A stretch of DNA of 64,000 bases from Oopsacas minuta (lineage: Eukaryota > Animalia > Porifera): the NCBI GenBank assembly GCA_024704765.1, contig JAKMXF010000221.1, positions 372,001-436,000 on the forward strand. The letters are read 5' to 3'. The notes under the pieces are model-generated. The model saw nothing but the letters and a program-made list of their open reading frames with translations, did not search any database and had not been told where the DNA came from. The position numbers and the translations under genes are program-made. Shown here piece after piece: positions 43,963 to 54,415 of this stretch; position 1 is the stretch's first letter; every line of letters begins with the position of its first letter.

Positions 43963-45032
43963 ATGTTTTCACCTGTCTTCCAGTGCTTTGCCCGGAGACT
44001 TTCATCAAGTTCTTCTGCCCCAGATCCTAAGATATACGAGTTCAGGCAATACTCCATCAGACCAGACTCTCTCACGAAGTTTATTCAGGTACCGTAGTCT
44101 GGGGCTACTTTGGCCTACTGGGTTTGCTTTAGCCCAAATATCAGAGTTTCAAAGAAACTAGATTAGATTCAGTATTATATTTGAATATGACTTGGCAAAT
44201 TTTTAACGAATTTTCAAATATCGGTAGACAATTCCGAATACAAATACAATATCTATTCGATACGTAAGGAAATTTCAATATTTGGGCTAAAGCAAACCCA
44301 GTGGGCCAAATTAGCCCCAGTTTACGGTATCCAATCTTTCAAATTATTTTACTATTCACTTAATGCACTATATTATTTGCTTTTATTGTACACTAGCTCT
44401 CAAAAGAACAATTCCATCTTCGCTTATCTCACAGCAAGCTTGTGGGTTACTTCACAGTAGAGCTCGGAGACCTAAGCAAAGTACTACATATATGGGAATA
44501 CGATTCATTCGAGCATAGAAGAAGAGTCAGGGAAGAACTGTCCAAAGATGTCACATGGATCACTCAGTATGTTAAGCCTGCATTTCCACTAATAACTGGA
44601 CAAACTAATGCAGTTCTTAGGAGGATACCAGGTTATGGAGGAGGTCTAGACCCTAAAGGTGATAATATGAGCTAATCTTAAGTTAGTTAAATAAGTTTTT
44701 ATTGATAACTAATTTGTGTAGATGATTCCAAATCAGTTTATTTACTGCAATCTCGAATCCTGAAGGCTGATTCAGAGCCTCAAGTCTTAACCAGATTACA
44801 GAAGCCTCCAGATATTAATCCCTCTTGCATGCTAGCTATGTGGAGAGGAGTATTTGGATCAACCCCTTCCCTCTATTCCCTTCATAAATTCCCTACATTT
44901 GACGTTATAGGTCCTTCAAGCCTTGATGATATAATAAACAAAACCAGTGAAACGCTGCTATTTCTAAATTCTCATTCGCTGAGTGTATCTAACCTAGGGC
45001 TACTTCCTACCCCATGGTCTACTCTACAATGA
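43963..45032 (+). CDS. NIPSNAP3A: NipSnap3-like mitochondrial protein; exons 43963-44088, 44397-44658, 44722-45032
   Basis: IYEFRQYSIRP..|..HLRLSHSKLVGYFTVELG..VLHIWEYDSFEHRRRVREEL; C-terminus LLPTPWSTLQ. The second domain is divergent. Confidence 0.85.
44092..44327. mobile_element. 236-bp MITE with about 50-bp TIRs and TA target-site duplication in NIPSNAP intron 1
   Basis: TA-CCGTAGTCTGGGGCTACTTTGGCCTACTGGGTTTGCTTTAGCCCAAATAT ... ATATTTGGGCTAAAGCAAACCCAGTGGGCCAAATTAGCCCCAGTTTACGG-TA, with about 5 mismatches. Confidence 0.9.
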
Positions 45033-45427
45033 ATCAATTTTGAGGATATTCATTGACGATTCGATATTTGGCTAGAATTCTCTTATTATTATATTTTATG
45101 TGTTTCTAATAAATTTGATTCTCTCATACAAGGAAGCAGTAATTGTTAGTGGTAAGGCAAAACAGTTGAAAGCAATACTATAGCTGTGCTTCCATTTATA
45201 ATTACATTCATCTTGATTATTATCGATTGAAATTAACTTCTCATTATTGTATTTAACTTCTCCAGCATATTACAGGATTCTTTTCTTACATAATATCCTC
45301 TCATTTGGTTTTTAAGGTAAAATCTGTATAGTGACTATGCTATAAATGTAACTCACCTTGGCCATAGTAAGTTATAACTTAAGAATTCTTATTTGTTTAG
45401 TGCTTTACAAGGACATGAGAAAGTAGA

Positions 45428-48400
45428 ATGTCAGCGTTTTATCTCTTCTGCCCAGGTTCATTAATTTCCAAGAAGCACAGGTCCAAATCAAGTGAGTTAA
45501 TTGTGTTAGGAAACTGTTTACTTGTTTATTTTAAATTATTTTTAGAGGACAAGTTGAAACTGATTCAGCAAACTTCAATCAGAGTAGACCCTCTCTACGA
45601 GACTATTCCTGCTCAGACAAAATACTCACAGGATAATAGGGGTAAACACTCCTTTGTACCCACGGGGAAACTTCCTTCTAGTCTATTGAACAGTTCAACT
45701 AATGCTGCACACATTGAATGCAGTTACACTCCTCCTGTTGGTGATCACCAGAACTTAGCTGTCGTGTCCGGACAGACAGTACATGTATTACAACAGGACA
45801 AATATTGGAGCTACGTCATAGACCAGCATAACCAATTAGGGTATGTTCCATCTGAGATCCTCTCTATCCTAGATACATCGGAACAGGAAACCTGTAAGAA
45901 TAACTCTAATTCTATCATTTATGTCAACACGGGTACAACTCTCTCTACATCTCTTAGAAGTGATTCATCTAGAAATGTAAGTGTTACGCACTTTATCTGC
46001 TTGAATTAGTATTATTTTATAAGTCATTACTGTTTAGTTAATACACACGAGTAATAATCTGATGGCTTCTGGGAATAATCTCATATCATATATAGCTAAT
46101 TTGTCAGTGAATGAATTAGCCGAATTGATTTCGATCGAGTGAAATGATCATTGAAAATTTAATAATTTATAAGAAGGTATTTACATACGGTACCTTTATT
46201 TTGATAATTATTTACTTGTTTATATATTTCCTAGACCCCTCCGACTACTCCTGAAAGCTTATACAGTAAAGTAAAAAAGAGCAACAAATCCTCTCAAAAG
46301 AAACCGAAATCCAACCTCCTCCTCTCTACCTCCCCTCCACAGAGTATAGGAACGTTTCACAATGCTTTCACCACTTTCTCTAAGACTCCTGTCGAGATAC
46401 GCACCCTCTTACACAGCTACAGGTCTAGACAAGAGAATGACTTAACTGTTAGGAAAGGAGAGCAAGTAACGGTGTTGAATCGCTCAGATCATGATTGGGT
46501 CTGGGTGGTGAGAGGAGATGGAGAAGAGGGATTTATTCCTACTTCCTATTCTGTGTATACAAATTCTTATTCTGGTAAGTAACTAATTAACTTTATGCAC
46601 GTAATTACAGCAACGTATTTCTTAACCAAAACATTGTCTTCAGAAATATGATCATTTACTCAAGTTACACGAATGAATCTATAAATTACGGAAATTCCAA
46701 GAATGAGAATTCATATACTTTCTAATTAGATTATAAGCTATACAACAAACCTGATACAAATAATATTACTTCATTGAAATAAACACATGGACAAGTTCCG
46801 TCTTTCCAAGTATTCCATTCCGTATCGCTGCTGTTATAATCAGGGTTCTCTAGCTGTAATTATTTATGCTACCTGATATGCCTCTGAGTATGTGGTAAAC
46901 ACATTTTTTTGATGATTTGGGCATTTGGCTAGGTGATACCAAACGCCCCATCTAACGGCACTCATATCCTATTACTGTTTACAAAATATTATCGCTCTGG
47001 CATCAATAAATATCGGATTCACATTCTGCTAAATATTTCGGTAAATTCAAGACTAAGCAAGCATAGCGAATAGTGTAGCGTATTTGTTGCTAACTTAGCT
47101 ACCTCAGTTTCACTAATCTTGGCCTTACTAACCAAGTATTATTATGTTATGACCACGTGATTAGGCCTTACTTTGTTGAATACAATACAATAGAGCTAGA
47201 TACACCGAACTTGCATTTTTCTGATAGGTTTCAATATTCATAGAACTGTTATCCTCATTCAATGCTATTTTCTACATCAATTCTGAATGTATATAAGCTG
47301 GGGAAATTATGAAAGTATAAATGATAAGATCATAACATTTGAGCGTAACTATTTAGTACAGAAATGTATAGAGCTGAGAAATCAGGGCTAGCGGCTGATA
47401 TTCAACAAAAACGATTTGAAACTTATCCTAAACAAGATGAGAAGCGAGTGATTCAATGGATGGAGGATGTTTTGGGTGAAGAAATGGATTGTAATTTCTA
47501 TGAATGGCTCAGAGACGGATCTGTTATCTGTAGACTGTTTAATGAAATTGAAGATGACAATGAAAATAAAATTCCAGCAAAGCACTGTAAGGCTAGTACG
47601 GTTTTGTTCAAACAACTGGAGAATATTGGCGTGTTCCTGAATGCATGTAAGAAGTACGGCCTGTCTCAGAGCGACTGCTTTGTCTCTTTAGATCTCCACG
47701 AATTGAATGATTTAGCTCAAGTACTCACTACTATATTCGCGCTAGATCGTAAAGCACATAAGAAAGGTTGGGACGGACCAACACTCTCCCCCAAAGAGGC
47801 GGATCACAATAAAAGAGAGTTTACAGATAAACAGCTGAGAGCTGGAGCCGGAATGATCCCCCTGCAGTCCGCGTACCTCCCGGGTGCCTCACAGAAGGGA
47901 ATGGCTGCCCCCGGTACTCGTAGACAACTAATGCCAGCTCCTACTAATGACCATGATTGATATATTCTAATAAATAGAACTTATAAATATGCGATAATTG
48001 TTAGCTACTTTTATTTATACAAAACTGGTATAAATAGTTTCTTTATTTAATTCTTATTTTAGGTTCTGACCACTATAAGCACGCTAAACTGACAAAGGCA
48101 CATAGTCATAGTACTGGATACAAATCCTCCTCTTCTACTACAAACTCTAATCAGCTGTCTGCAGCGTTTTCTGATCATCTGCGTATCACTCCGGTCCGGT
48201 CTGCACCCCACTCTCCAGCTGATGGAGACCTCTCCTATCTACACGTACGTTCAGAGCCTACATTCGATAAACAGAGACGAGTTCATTACAGGAAGAGTCC
48301 GGATAGGATGACGTCACGGGAAAAAAGATGCACTACTCCGAATAGTTTCGTGGAAAAGCGAGCAATTTCGCTGGAGTATATTGACAAGAAACAACCTTAC

Positions 48401-48886
48401 GCATCCTCCTCCAGTCTACAGCTGTCTAACCGACACAGGACAGCCTCTTTACACCCCATACTGACATGTAACTCTCCTTGCTTTAGTCCTCCACACTCAC
48501 AAACATCCAATCATTTTATTTACCCTCACTCCATACCGAAGCACACTAGACCTGCTCCTGACCCCCCGTCAGAGTGTTTGTATGAGAATGTTGAAAATAT
48601 CTATCCTATGCAAGGCTACACTCATTCATGTCATCACGTAGATATACAGGATAATATATACATGAATGCTCCGGGGCTAGATGCTAATGGGAAGCCTAGC
48701 CTCGTTCCTTCTATCATGACAATGCAGGACAGAATACTGCTTATGGATAAAGACCCCGTACATTTCCCTCACAGCTACTCAGACCTTAGCATCGGACAGA
48801 CCTCCTCCCTTGGAGACCTAAACTCAGTATCGGAATTCAACCAGTATCACCAAAAGCATGCCCTCATGAAGGAGGACATGGTATAA
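45428..48886 (+). CDS. Two-SH3 adaptor resembling Dlish/Vamana; exons 45428-45491, 45546-45976, 46235-46574, 48063-48886
   Basis: SH3 #1 GQTVHVLQQDKYWSYV..LGYVP; SH3 #2 LHSYRSRQENDLTVRKGEQVTVLNRSDHDWVWVVRGDGEEGFIP; N-terminal MSAFYLFCP. All junctions are phase-consistent. Confidence 0.75.
47364..47960 (+). CDS. Calponin/transgelin (myophilin-like) protein, paralog 2, nested on the same strand in intron 46575-48062 of the SH3 gene
   Basis: CH domain WLRDGSVICRLFN..FKQLENI and shared block LDRKAHKKGWDGP.LSPKEAD; calponin repeat IPLQSAYLPGASQKGM. Confidence 0.92.
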   Translation: MYRAEKSGLAADIQQKRFETYPKQDEKRVIQWMEDVLGEEMDCNFYEWLRDGSVICRLFNEIEDDNENKIPAKHCKASTVLFKQLENIGVFLNACKKYGLSQSDCFVSLDLHELNDLAQVLTTIFALDRKAHKKGWDGPTLSPKEADHNKREFTDKQLRAGAGMIPLQSAYLPGASQKGMAAPGTRRQLMPAPTNDHD

Positions 48887-49109
48887 CATAACTCACTTGT
48901 TTCATTTCCACATATTAATTAGTTATTTTAATTAGCGTTCTAATGCTATTTCTACAAGAATCTGCTATTTTCTATTTAGTGCACCTTCCCTCACTTCCCA
49001 ATAATTGGCTTATTACAGGTTCATACCCTTATATGGCAATATCGAGCACTTATGCTCTACACAGCTAATTTTGGCTATTAATTAATCATTCAAATTAGCT
49101 GTTGCTATT

Positions 49110-50018
49110 ATGGCCGGGGTAACACAGAGAAAATCTGGATTTGCTAGACAAGCGAGTGAGATAAACAAATTGCCAGATTTAGCAATCGAGAAAGAACTAA
49201 CAAGTAAGTATCATCGCTGGCTGTGGCTATTTATAGCTCTTCAGAACATAGTGTTGGATTTCGGTCGTCCTTTCCTTGCGCTTCTATTCACTGACAGTTA
49301 TTTCCCACTGAATAGAGCAAGTCTAGGCGACTATGCACATATGTTACACAACGTTACAATGTCATTCTCAATCTTGTATCTACTCAAACGCAGGACACCT
49401 GACTGGCTTAAACACATGCTAGTTATCGTGTATGTAATGGGTGCTAGTATTCATCTGGTCGGAGACTCAATTAACCATAGACTAGTGCTGTCTGGTTATA
49501 AGAACTATTTGACAGTGGAGGATAACCCAATAATGCGTAATGTACAGCCCAGGTCTCTTATCCAGTCTTTCCAGCTATTATACTTCTATGATGAGTATCT
49601 AGGTCACTTCATGTGGTACTTGCCTCTATTCATTTCATTATATTTATACTATTGCAACTCGTTTGCTGCACAGAAATGTATGTTCTCTGCTGGTCCTATG
49701 TTCCTTATGAATCTTGCATTGAATGCTGGAGTATTCTGGTATTTGGTAACTGAGGCTCAGCTCATTGAGCTGTATATAGGGCTCATGACGTCATTCTTAT
49801 TTATAACTTTGTTAGAAGTATCGAGAGGAAGGTTTCCAGACATTAACGGTATATTTATTGTATTAACTATGACAGTGTCTGGGATATTGATCCTTATATG
49901 GGTGTATTGGCTATGGAATGACACCATATTGAGGGAAAGATACCCCGGAGTACTCTACGTACCAGAACCTTGGTCTGTTCTACCGATGAGGGTTAATATA
50001 TCTGAAATATTCGGGTAA
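49110..50018 (+). CDS. CLN6: Ceroid-lipofuscinosis neuronal protein 6 (ER membrane), intronless
   Basis: LQNIVLDFGRP..FPLNRASLGDYAHM, MGASIHLVGDSINHRL, SFQLLYFYDEYLGHFMWY, LYVPEPWS. Confidence 0.95.
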   Translation: MAGVTQRKSGFARQASEINKLPDLAIEKELTSKYHRWLWLFIALQNIVLDFGRPFLALLFTDSYFPLNRASLGDYAHMLHNVTMSFSILYLLKRRTPDWLKHMLVIVYVMGASIHLVGDSINHRLVLSGYKNYLTVEDNPIMRNVQPRSLIQSFQLLYFYDEYLGHFMWYLPLFISLYLYYCNSFAAQKCMFSAGPMFLMNLALNAGVFWYLVTEAQLIELYIGLMTSFLFITLLEVSRGRFPDINGIFIVLTMTVSGILILIWVYWLWNDTILRERYPGVLYVPEPWSVLPMRVNISEIFG

Positions 50019-50320
50019 ATTATATGAGAAAATAGTTATATATCTTTGCTTCCAATTTGATAGATTATCTGTTACTGATTTATTTATTTGTGATGAATAC
50101 TTTAGTTTGTGTCTCATTATCTTTTTCCACTATTGCTTGTGGCTCAACCACTTTGCATTGCCATATTTCGAAAACTATAAGTCTGTTCTATATGCTCTAA
50201 ATTGCAAAAAAATGTAGGTCTGAGTGTCCTCTTCCCGAAAAGCAGTGTCTCGGGACAGTTTATCACACTATAGCTACACTGCATTGGGGCTTGAATATTA
50301 ATAATTGTTATTACGTAGAA

Positions 50321-51118
50321 ATGCTATGTTTTGTGTGGCTATCAGCTGATGCATACTTTGTATGTATGACACATGCTCTCTCCACTGAGAAGGAGGAGAT
50401 CATGGGGTTGTTGCTAGGTGAGACACTGCCGGGGGACACAGTATGGATATACGGGGTGTTTATGATGAGACGCTCAGACAAGCGAGCTGACAGAGTTGAG
50501 ATATCCCCTGAACAGCTGTCCGCAGCCCTTACTGAGTCACAAACTCTATCGCAGGAGCTGGGGAAAGAGATCCGTGTGTTGGGATGGTACCATTCACACC
50601 CTCATATAACCATATCCCCCTCCCATGTAGATGTACGTACCCAGCATCAGTACCAGAGTCTAGACCCTAATTTCTTCGGTCTAATCGTATCTGCTTTCCA
50701 CGAGGAGATGGACCGCACCTCCTCTATTAAGATTACATGCTTCCAAGCTGATAAAGAGGTACACCCGACTCATGAGGTGTTTATTAAGAAAGAAATCCCA
50801 TTTGCCATACAGAACACCGGTGTGTCTATAGGATCAGCTTGTCTTAATGCATACCTTCAGTTGCCAAGGATACTTTTCCAAGAGGAGGAAGAGGGGTACA
50901 GACAATTCCAGGGTAATGACTCTCAAGATTTCCTTACAACTGTCTACAATGGATCAGTCTATACCCAGAATATGGAGAGAATACTCACTGATATTTGTAA
51001 CCCAGTTCTCAGGATCTTAGAGTCACACCTTCAATCTCAACAACAACTGATTAAGACCCTTGAGGATGAGAAAGACAGGCTGGTACAGGAGATGAGTGGG
51101 GCTCATCAGGTCATTTGA
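50321..51118 (+). CDS. BRCC3: K63-specific JAMM deubiquitinase BRCC36, intronless (ATG at 50321)
   Basis: HALSTEKEEIMGL, RRSDKRADRVEISPEQLS, GWYHSHPHITISPSHVD..Q..YQ.LD; JAMM metal ligands intact. Confidence 0.96.
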   Translation: MLCFVWLSADAYFVCMTHALSTEKEEIMGLLLGETLPGDTVWIYGVFMMRRSDKRADRVEISPEQLSAALTESQTLSQELGKEIRVLGWYHSHPHITISPSHVDVRTQHQYQSLDPNFFGLIVSAFHEEMDRTSSIKITCFQADKEVHPTHEVFIKKEIPFAIQNTGVSIGSACLNAYLQLPRILFQEEEEGYRQFQGNDSQDFLTTVYNGSVYTQNMERILTDICNPVLRILESHLQSQQQLIKTLEDEKDRLVQEMSGAHQVI

Positions 51119-51481
51119 TGGATAATTGGAATTTCTGTGTATTTAGTCTTTAATATATTTATAAGAAATATTCCAGCTTGTTTTAAATCCTAATACACTG
51201 CCTTTACGGGCTATTTTTAGCTACTATTGCTGAGTTTATTTGTGGCGAATAATATCACAGAATTTATAGATTCATATTTGGAATGTTTTTACTAAGTTAT
51301 TCTCATTTTAGCTTTGTCTTCTTAAACAGATTATTTAGTATTGATTCATGCCATTCATGAAGTAATTGCCAAATTATCTAATTGTTTGTTTATTGTTTAC
51401 CTAGCAACGAATTAAGCATAAAGCAAGGTATATCTATCAAATTACCATTAATACATAATCTATCCATATTAGCTAATTATT

Positions 51482-54265
51482 ATGGGGTGTGGTAGTTCTA
51501 AGACCAAGTCAAACAATATACAGGTCCTGGTTGCTCCTACTCGGGGTGATCACAGTTCCAACAGCGATCCTCTGGGTCTCAGCACGAGGACAGCTAGCTC
51601 TAGTGCGGTTATCACTGGTCAGGATCCTAAACCTCTCTACTCCAGCTCCAGACCTCCATCTAATACCAGTGTGTCTACAGGATCAGTAGCTAGTCCTCCT
51701 GCTGGATTTTATAGGTAAATTAATGTAATTATTTTAATAACATTGAATTTATTTATATATTTTAGAGACCAAGCATCTTCTCAGTCTAAGCGTAGTTCGC
51801 GGCCTGCTAGCTCCTCGCGTAGAGATGTGAGTGGTCTCCGTCGCAGATCCACAACCCCTGCTATCCTATCTTTCTCCGGCTCCGGTAGATTCTCACGAAC
51901 TGCTCAGATTGCAGACAGAGAGAGGGAGAAAGACGCTGCTATATTTAAAGTAGACTCTGCTGATGAGAGTTTAGCTATCCTCACTCCCTCCCTAGAACAG
52001 ACAGATCTAGATTGTAGTCAGAACTTAGGCGAGTCAAGAAACCGATCTCTCAATCTGAGTTTTACAGCTGTTACACATTCTATCCCCTCCCGTCTCTGTC
52101 CCCTCTGTCAGAGTTTATTCAGCACCAAGGGTACACACACTCCTCTCCTGTTGATATGCGGACACTCCTTCTGTAAGACCTGTCTGGACAAGATCACTTG
52201 TAATCCTGATATAGACCGCATCAGGTGTCCTTGTGGAGTAGACACGAGTGTTGAGCTTCAGAGCGAGTTCGTGCTAGCTAGGAACCAAGCTCTCCTGGAG
52301 CTGTTAGAAATAGAGCAACTACACTCACAGAAACTAGTAGCAAGGTAATACTGTATGCATACAATAGCTTAATTCTAATGCTCTTTGTATAGGAAGGAGG
52401 AAGGATGTGCTGAATGTGAATCAGCAGCTGCTACTCGCTGGTGCTGTGAGTGCGGAGCTCCTTACTGTGAGTCCTGCTGTCTAGCTGCTCACGAGAAATT
52501 ACGAGTCCTCTCTCATCACAAACCCCTCCCCATTTCTCAGCGACCTCTCCCTGCTCCCATGTGTAAGGCCCATCCCGGACAGAGCTACAAGCTCTACTGT
52601 GAGACCGATCAAGTAAGTCTTTGATATATTTATTAATTTCATTATTAACTAATGAATGTGCTCCTGTTAGGTCCCTATGTGTCTAATGTGTAAATACTCC
52701 AATCAGCATAGAGGTCATCAGTTCGATCTCCTTACCCGTACGTCTCAGCGGTATATCACTTCTCTGCAAGATCAGTTGAGTAATCTGAGAGGCATAAAAG
52801 CTGATATGACACGGTGTAGTAGTGTTACTCATCACAAATGGTCATTTATACGGGAGGAGGCAAGAGTCCAGCAGAATCAGTTAGAAGCTCACTTCTCTGC
52901 TCTCAGGAAAGATCTGTTATCTACTCTAGACTTGAGAGAGAATAGATTATTGAATTTATTAGATAGTCAGGTGCAAGCTAAGCAGGATATGACACATGAA
53001 TTCATGTTGGATCTATGTTTAGGAATGTCTAGGGTGAGTTATCACCTACTACAGCTATTACAGATAAGTTTATGAGTGTTTACAGGTGATAGCAGCTGAG
53101 CAGGAAGCCGAGAGATTACTCACTGTCAACCCTGTCACTTTACTGCTTAGCAGACATCACATGGATGAGGTTATGAGTAGAGTACTGATGCTAAATTTGG
53201 CTAGTTTATCTCATAATGAACCTCCTATACCAATGAGTCTACCTAAATCTACTTCTGATAATCTCAAAGGATTGATTACTACACACGGAGATGTATTGCA
53301 GCTACCTGGAGAGCCTTGGTTCACTGATGTACGTGTTGGACCTAAAAAGATTCATATTGAGTGGGAAGCGATTTCAATCCCTGAGAAAGGAGATCAGAAG
53401 AAGAATAAATCTTTCTCTTTACACTTCTTCGCTTCTCTAAAGAACGCTAAGAGACAAGCTATATCAGAAGATCTCAATCATAGCAAGCATTTGATGGAGT
53501 ATGTAGGTAAGTCAGTTACAATGAAACCTCCATAAACTGGGACTTTGGTTGGAACGGGGTAGCATTTTCGGCGTTCCTGACACCCCATTTGTGGAGTCAT
53601 TAACACACTAGTATTTACAGTACATGTTAGGATGGCGAGCAAGATCTCAGCGAGGTAATCGTGCTGAAGGCGTTACAGAGGTAGATAGCGGAGTACACTC
53701 AGCTTCTATTGACTACTCTAATTCCTCTCAAGGTAGACACAGTATTCCTCCTGTACAACCAGATGAAGCTGTCCTACCTCCTCCCTCAGCTTCCAATCAT
53801 CATAGCAGTCACAGTTCATTCGAATCCTTTCCGCAGACCCCTTCTAGTCAGCGACCTATAAAACTACCTCCTCTTATCAAAGTTAAGACACAGGAGGAAT
53901 CCAGGAGTATTCTAGAGGGTTCTTTCAACTTCCAAGATGAGACTACACCCCTGGATCACCCGGTCATACTCCCAGAGAGGGGCCAGGAGGAGAGCGGATG
54001 TAGCGATGAGTCTGTCTCTTCTCAAGGGAGTGACTTTAATCGGTTTGAATATGACCATGAGAGGTCTCCCGCTACTCCCTACCAAGAGGCCTATTCAGGA
54101 ACAGAATCTAGATTTACTCATAAGAACCTGATAGCTGGGGGGACATACTACTACCGAGTACGGTGTAAGAACAGTGCTGGGTGGGGACCTTGGAGTAAAG
54201 TGTTGAAATGTACTACTAAGTCATCCACACACAGACGAGCTTCATTCACCATTATGAATAATTAG
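51482..54265 (+). CDS. TRIM-like RING / B-box1 / B-box2 / coiled-coil / FN3 protein; exons 51482-51714, 51766-52344, 52393-52612, 52671-53033, 53086-53506, 53631-54265
   Basis: MGCGSSK N-terminus; RING CPLC..LLICGHSFCKTC..CPC; B-boxes CAEC..CCEC..CESC..H..H and CKAH..YCETDQ|VPMCLMC..H..H; FN3 end YYYRVRCKNSAGWGPWS. All junctions are phase-consistent. Confidence 0.85.
53517..53602. mobile_element. Possible decayed MITE in the last intron of the TRIM gene
   Basis: TACAATGAAACCTCCATAAAC ... TTTGTGGAGTCATTA form imperfect inverted ends. Confidence 0.35.
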
Positions 54266-54415
54266 ATGACGTCATGACGAAGCTCAACTTTGTATATGTG
54301 AACTGAAACTTTATAGTTTTCACACTTTTATATTTTATTCTCTTTTGATGAGATTATAAAATTTTCTACATTTTTCATGTAATTTGTGTGAGAATATTTA
54401 CTAATTGTGTCACAG

